From assembly GCF_963921235.1 (NCBI RefSeq), contig NC_086107.1, positions 111,354,001-111,418,000 of the forward strand: a stretch of DNA of 64,000 bases, given 5' to 3'. Below the pieces are notes generated by a model. It was given only the letters and a program-made list of their open reading frames with translations, did not search any database and had not been told where the DNA came from. Positions 62,940 to 64,000 of this stretch are shown piece by piece (within the stretch, counting starts at the first letter, position 1; the number at the start of each line of letters is the position of its first letter). Source of the stretch: Mobula hypostoma. Its lineage: Eukaryota. Both the position numbers and the translations under genes were made by a program.

Positions 62940-63170
62940 CACGTGGCCAGGTGGCTAAGGCGTTCGTCTAGTGATCTCAAGGTCGCTGGTTCGAGCCTCA
63001 GCTGAGGTAGCGTGTTTGTGCCCTTGAGCAAGGCACTTAACCACACATTGCTCTAGTCTGTGCGAGGAGTGGCGCCCCACACAGACTTCCAATCTGCGCC
63101 CTGTAAGGCATGAAAATGCCCGACGCAGGCCTCTCACGGTCTGAGTCGACATTCCCTCCCCTCCCCCTCC
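62940..63170 (+). mobile_element. tRNA-derived SINE inserted in a CR1 fragment
   Basis: A box TGGCCAGGTGG, B box GTTCGAGCC, 'ccttgagcaaggcacttaac' domain, (CCCCT)n tail; flanks cctcatgca / ccccatgca. Confidence 0.8.
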
Positions 63171-64000
63171 CCATGCAGGATTCCCTAAAGGTTAACTTGC
63201 AGGTTGAGTCAGTGGTGAAGAAGGCATATGCAATGTTAGCATTCATTGGACTAGAATATTAAAGCAAGGGTGTAATGTTGAGGCTTTATAAATCACTGAT
63301 AAGGCCTGACTTGGACTGTTATGAGCGGTTTTGGGCCCACTGTCTCAGAAAAGATGAAGAGGATTCAGAGAAGGTTTACAAAAATGATTCTGAGAATGAA
63401 AAGGTGACTATATGAGGATCGGTTGGTGGCTCTGGGCCTATACTCACTAGAATTCAGAAGATAGATAGATAGATCCTTTATTGATCCCAATGGAAATTAC
63501 AATGTCTCAAAATAGGCATCCGTTAGTCTCATGACACCATGGATATGCACCTTGGAAGGTCTCCAGGGTGCAGGCCTGGGCAAGGTTGTATGGAAGACTG
63601 GCAGTTGCTCATGCTGCAAGTCTCCCCTCTCCACAACACCAATGTTGTCCAAGGGAAGGGCATTAGGACCCATACAGTTTGGCATCAGTGTCGTCGCAGA
63701 GCAATGTGTGGCTGAGTCACATTGTCACAGTAGCATTACAAATGCACAGATATTCAAATATTAGAAGGGAAGTAAGAAAGAATAAAAAAAATAAGTTACC
63801 TCAAACAGTCTAACGGGAGGGGGTCATCACTTCCCCAGCTACAGGTTGACTCATTATAGAGCCTAATGCCAAGGGTAAGAATAACCCCATATAGCGCTCT
63901 TCGGAACAGCACAGTTGTCTTAGTCTATTACTAAAAGTGCTCCTCTGTTTAACCAAGGTGGCATGCAGAGGGTGAGGAACGTTGTCCAGAATTGCCAAGA

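Overview
Repeat-dense vertebrate genomic DNA. The landscape of CR1 LINEs, V-domain tRNA-SINEs and Penelope-like elements suggests a cartilaginous fish (inference). Only one host protein-coding gene is recognisable: a divergent SOCS1-like gene whose CDS lies in a single exon on the minus strand (28686-29279; KIR 'THFRTF', SH2 'FLVRDS', SOCS box). It has a splice acceptor at 29340/29339 and a 15-codon uORF that stops one base before the main ATG. Most of the rest is transposable elements: a near-complete but disabled CR1 ORF2 plus young 3' fragments, Rex/Babar and RTE LINE pieces, tRNA-SINEs, two solo LTRs, Tc1, mariner and hAT derivatives, and many Penelope-like elements (PLEs). Most notable observations: (1) PLE terminal repeats carry minimal type I hammerhead ribozyme motifs, several in short fold-back insertions with 11-15 bp TSDs; (2) the SOCS1 uORF architecture; (3) an old tandem duplication of the SOCS1 acceptor/intron region that retains a perfectly identical 48-bp core; (4) a tight triplet of STAT6-type TTC-N4-GAA sites upstream of the gene; (5) fold-back mariner MITEs with 4-5 TIR copies. 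All calls were made by eye, and TE boundaries without a TSD are approximate.
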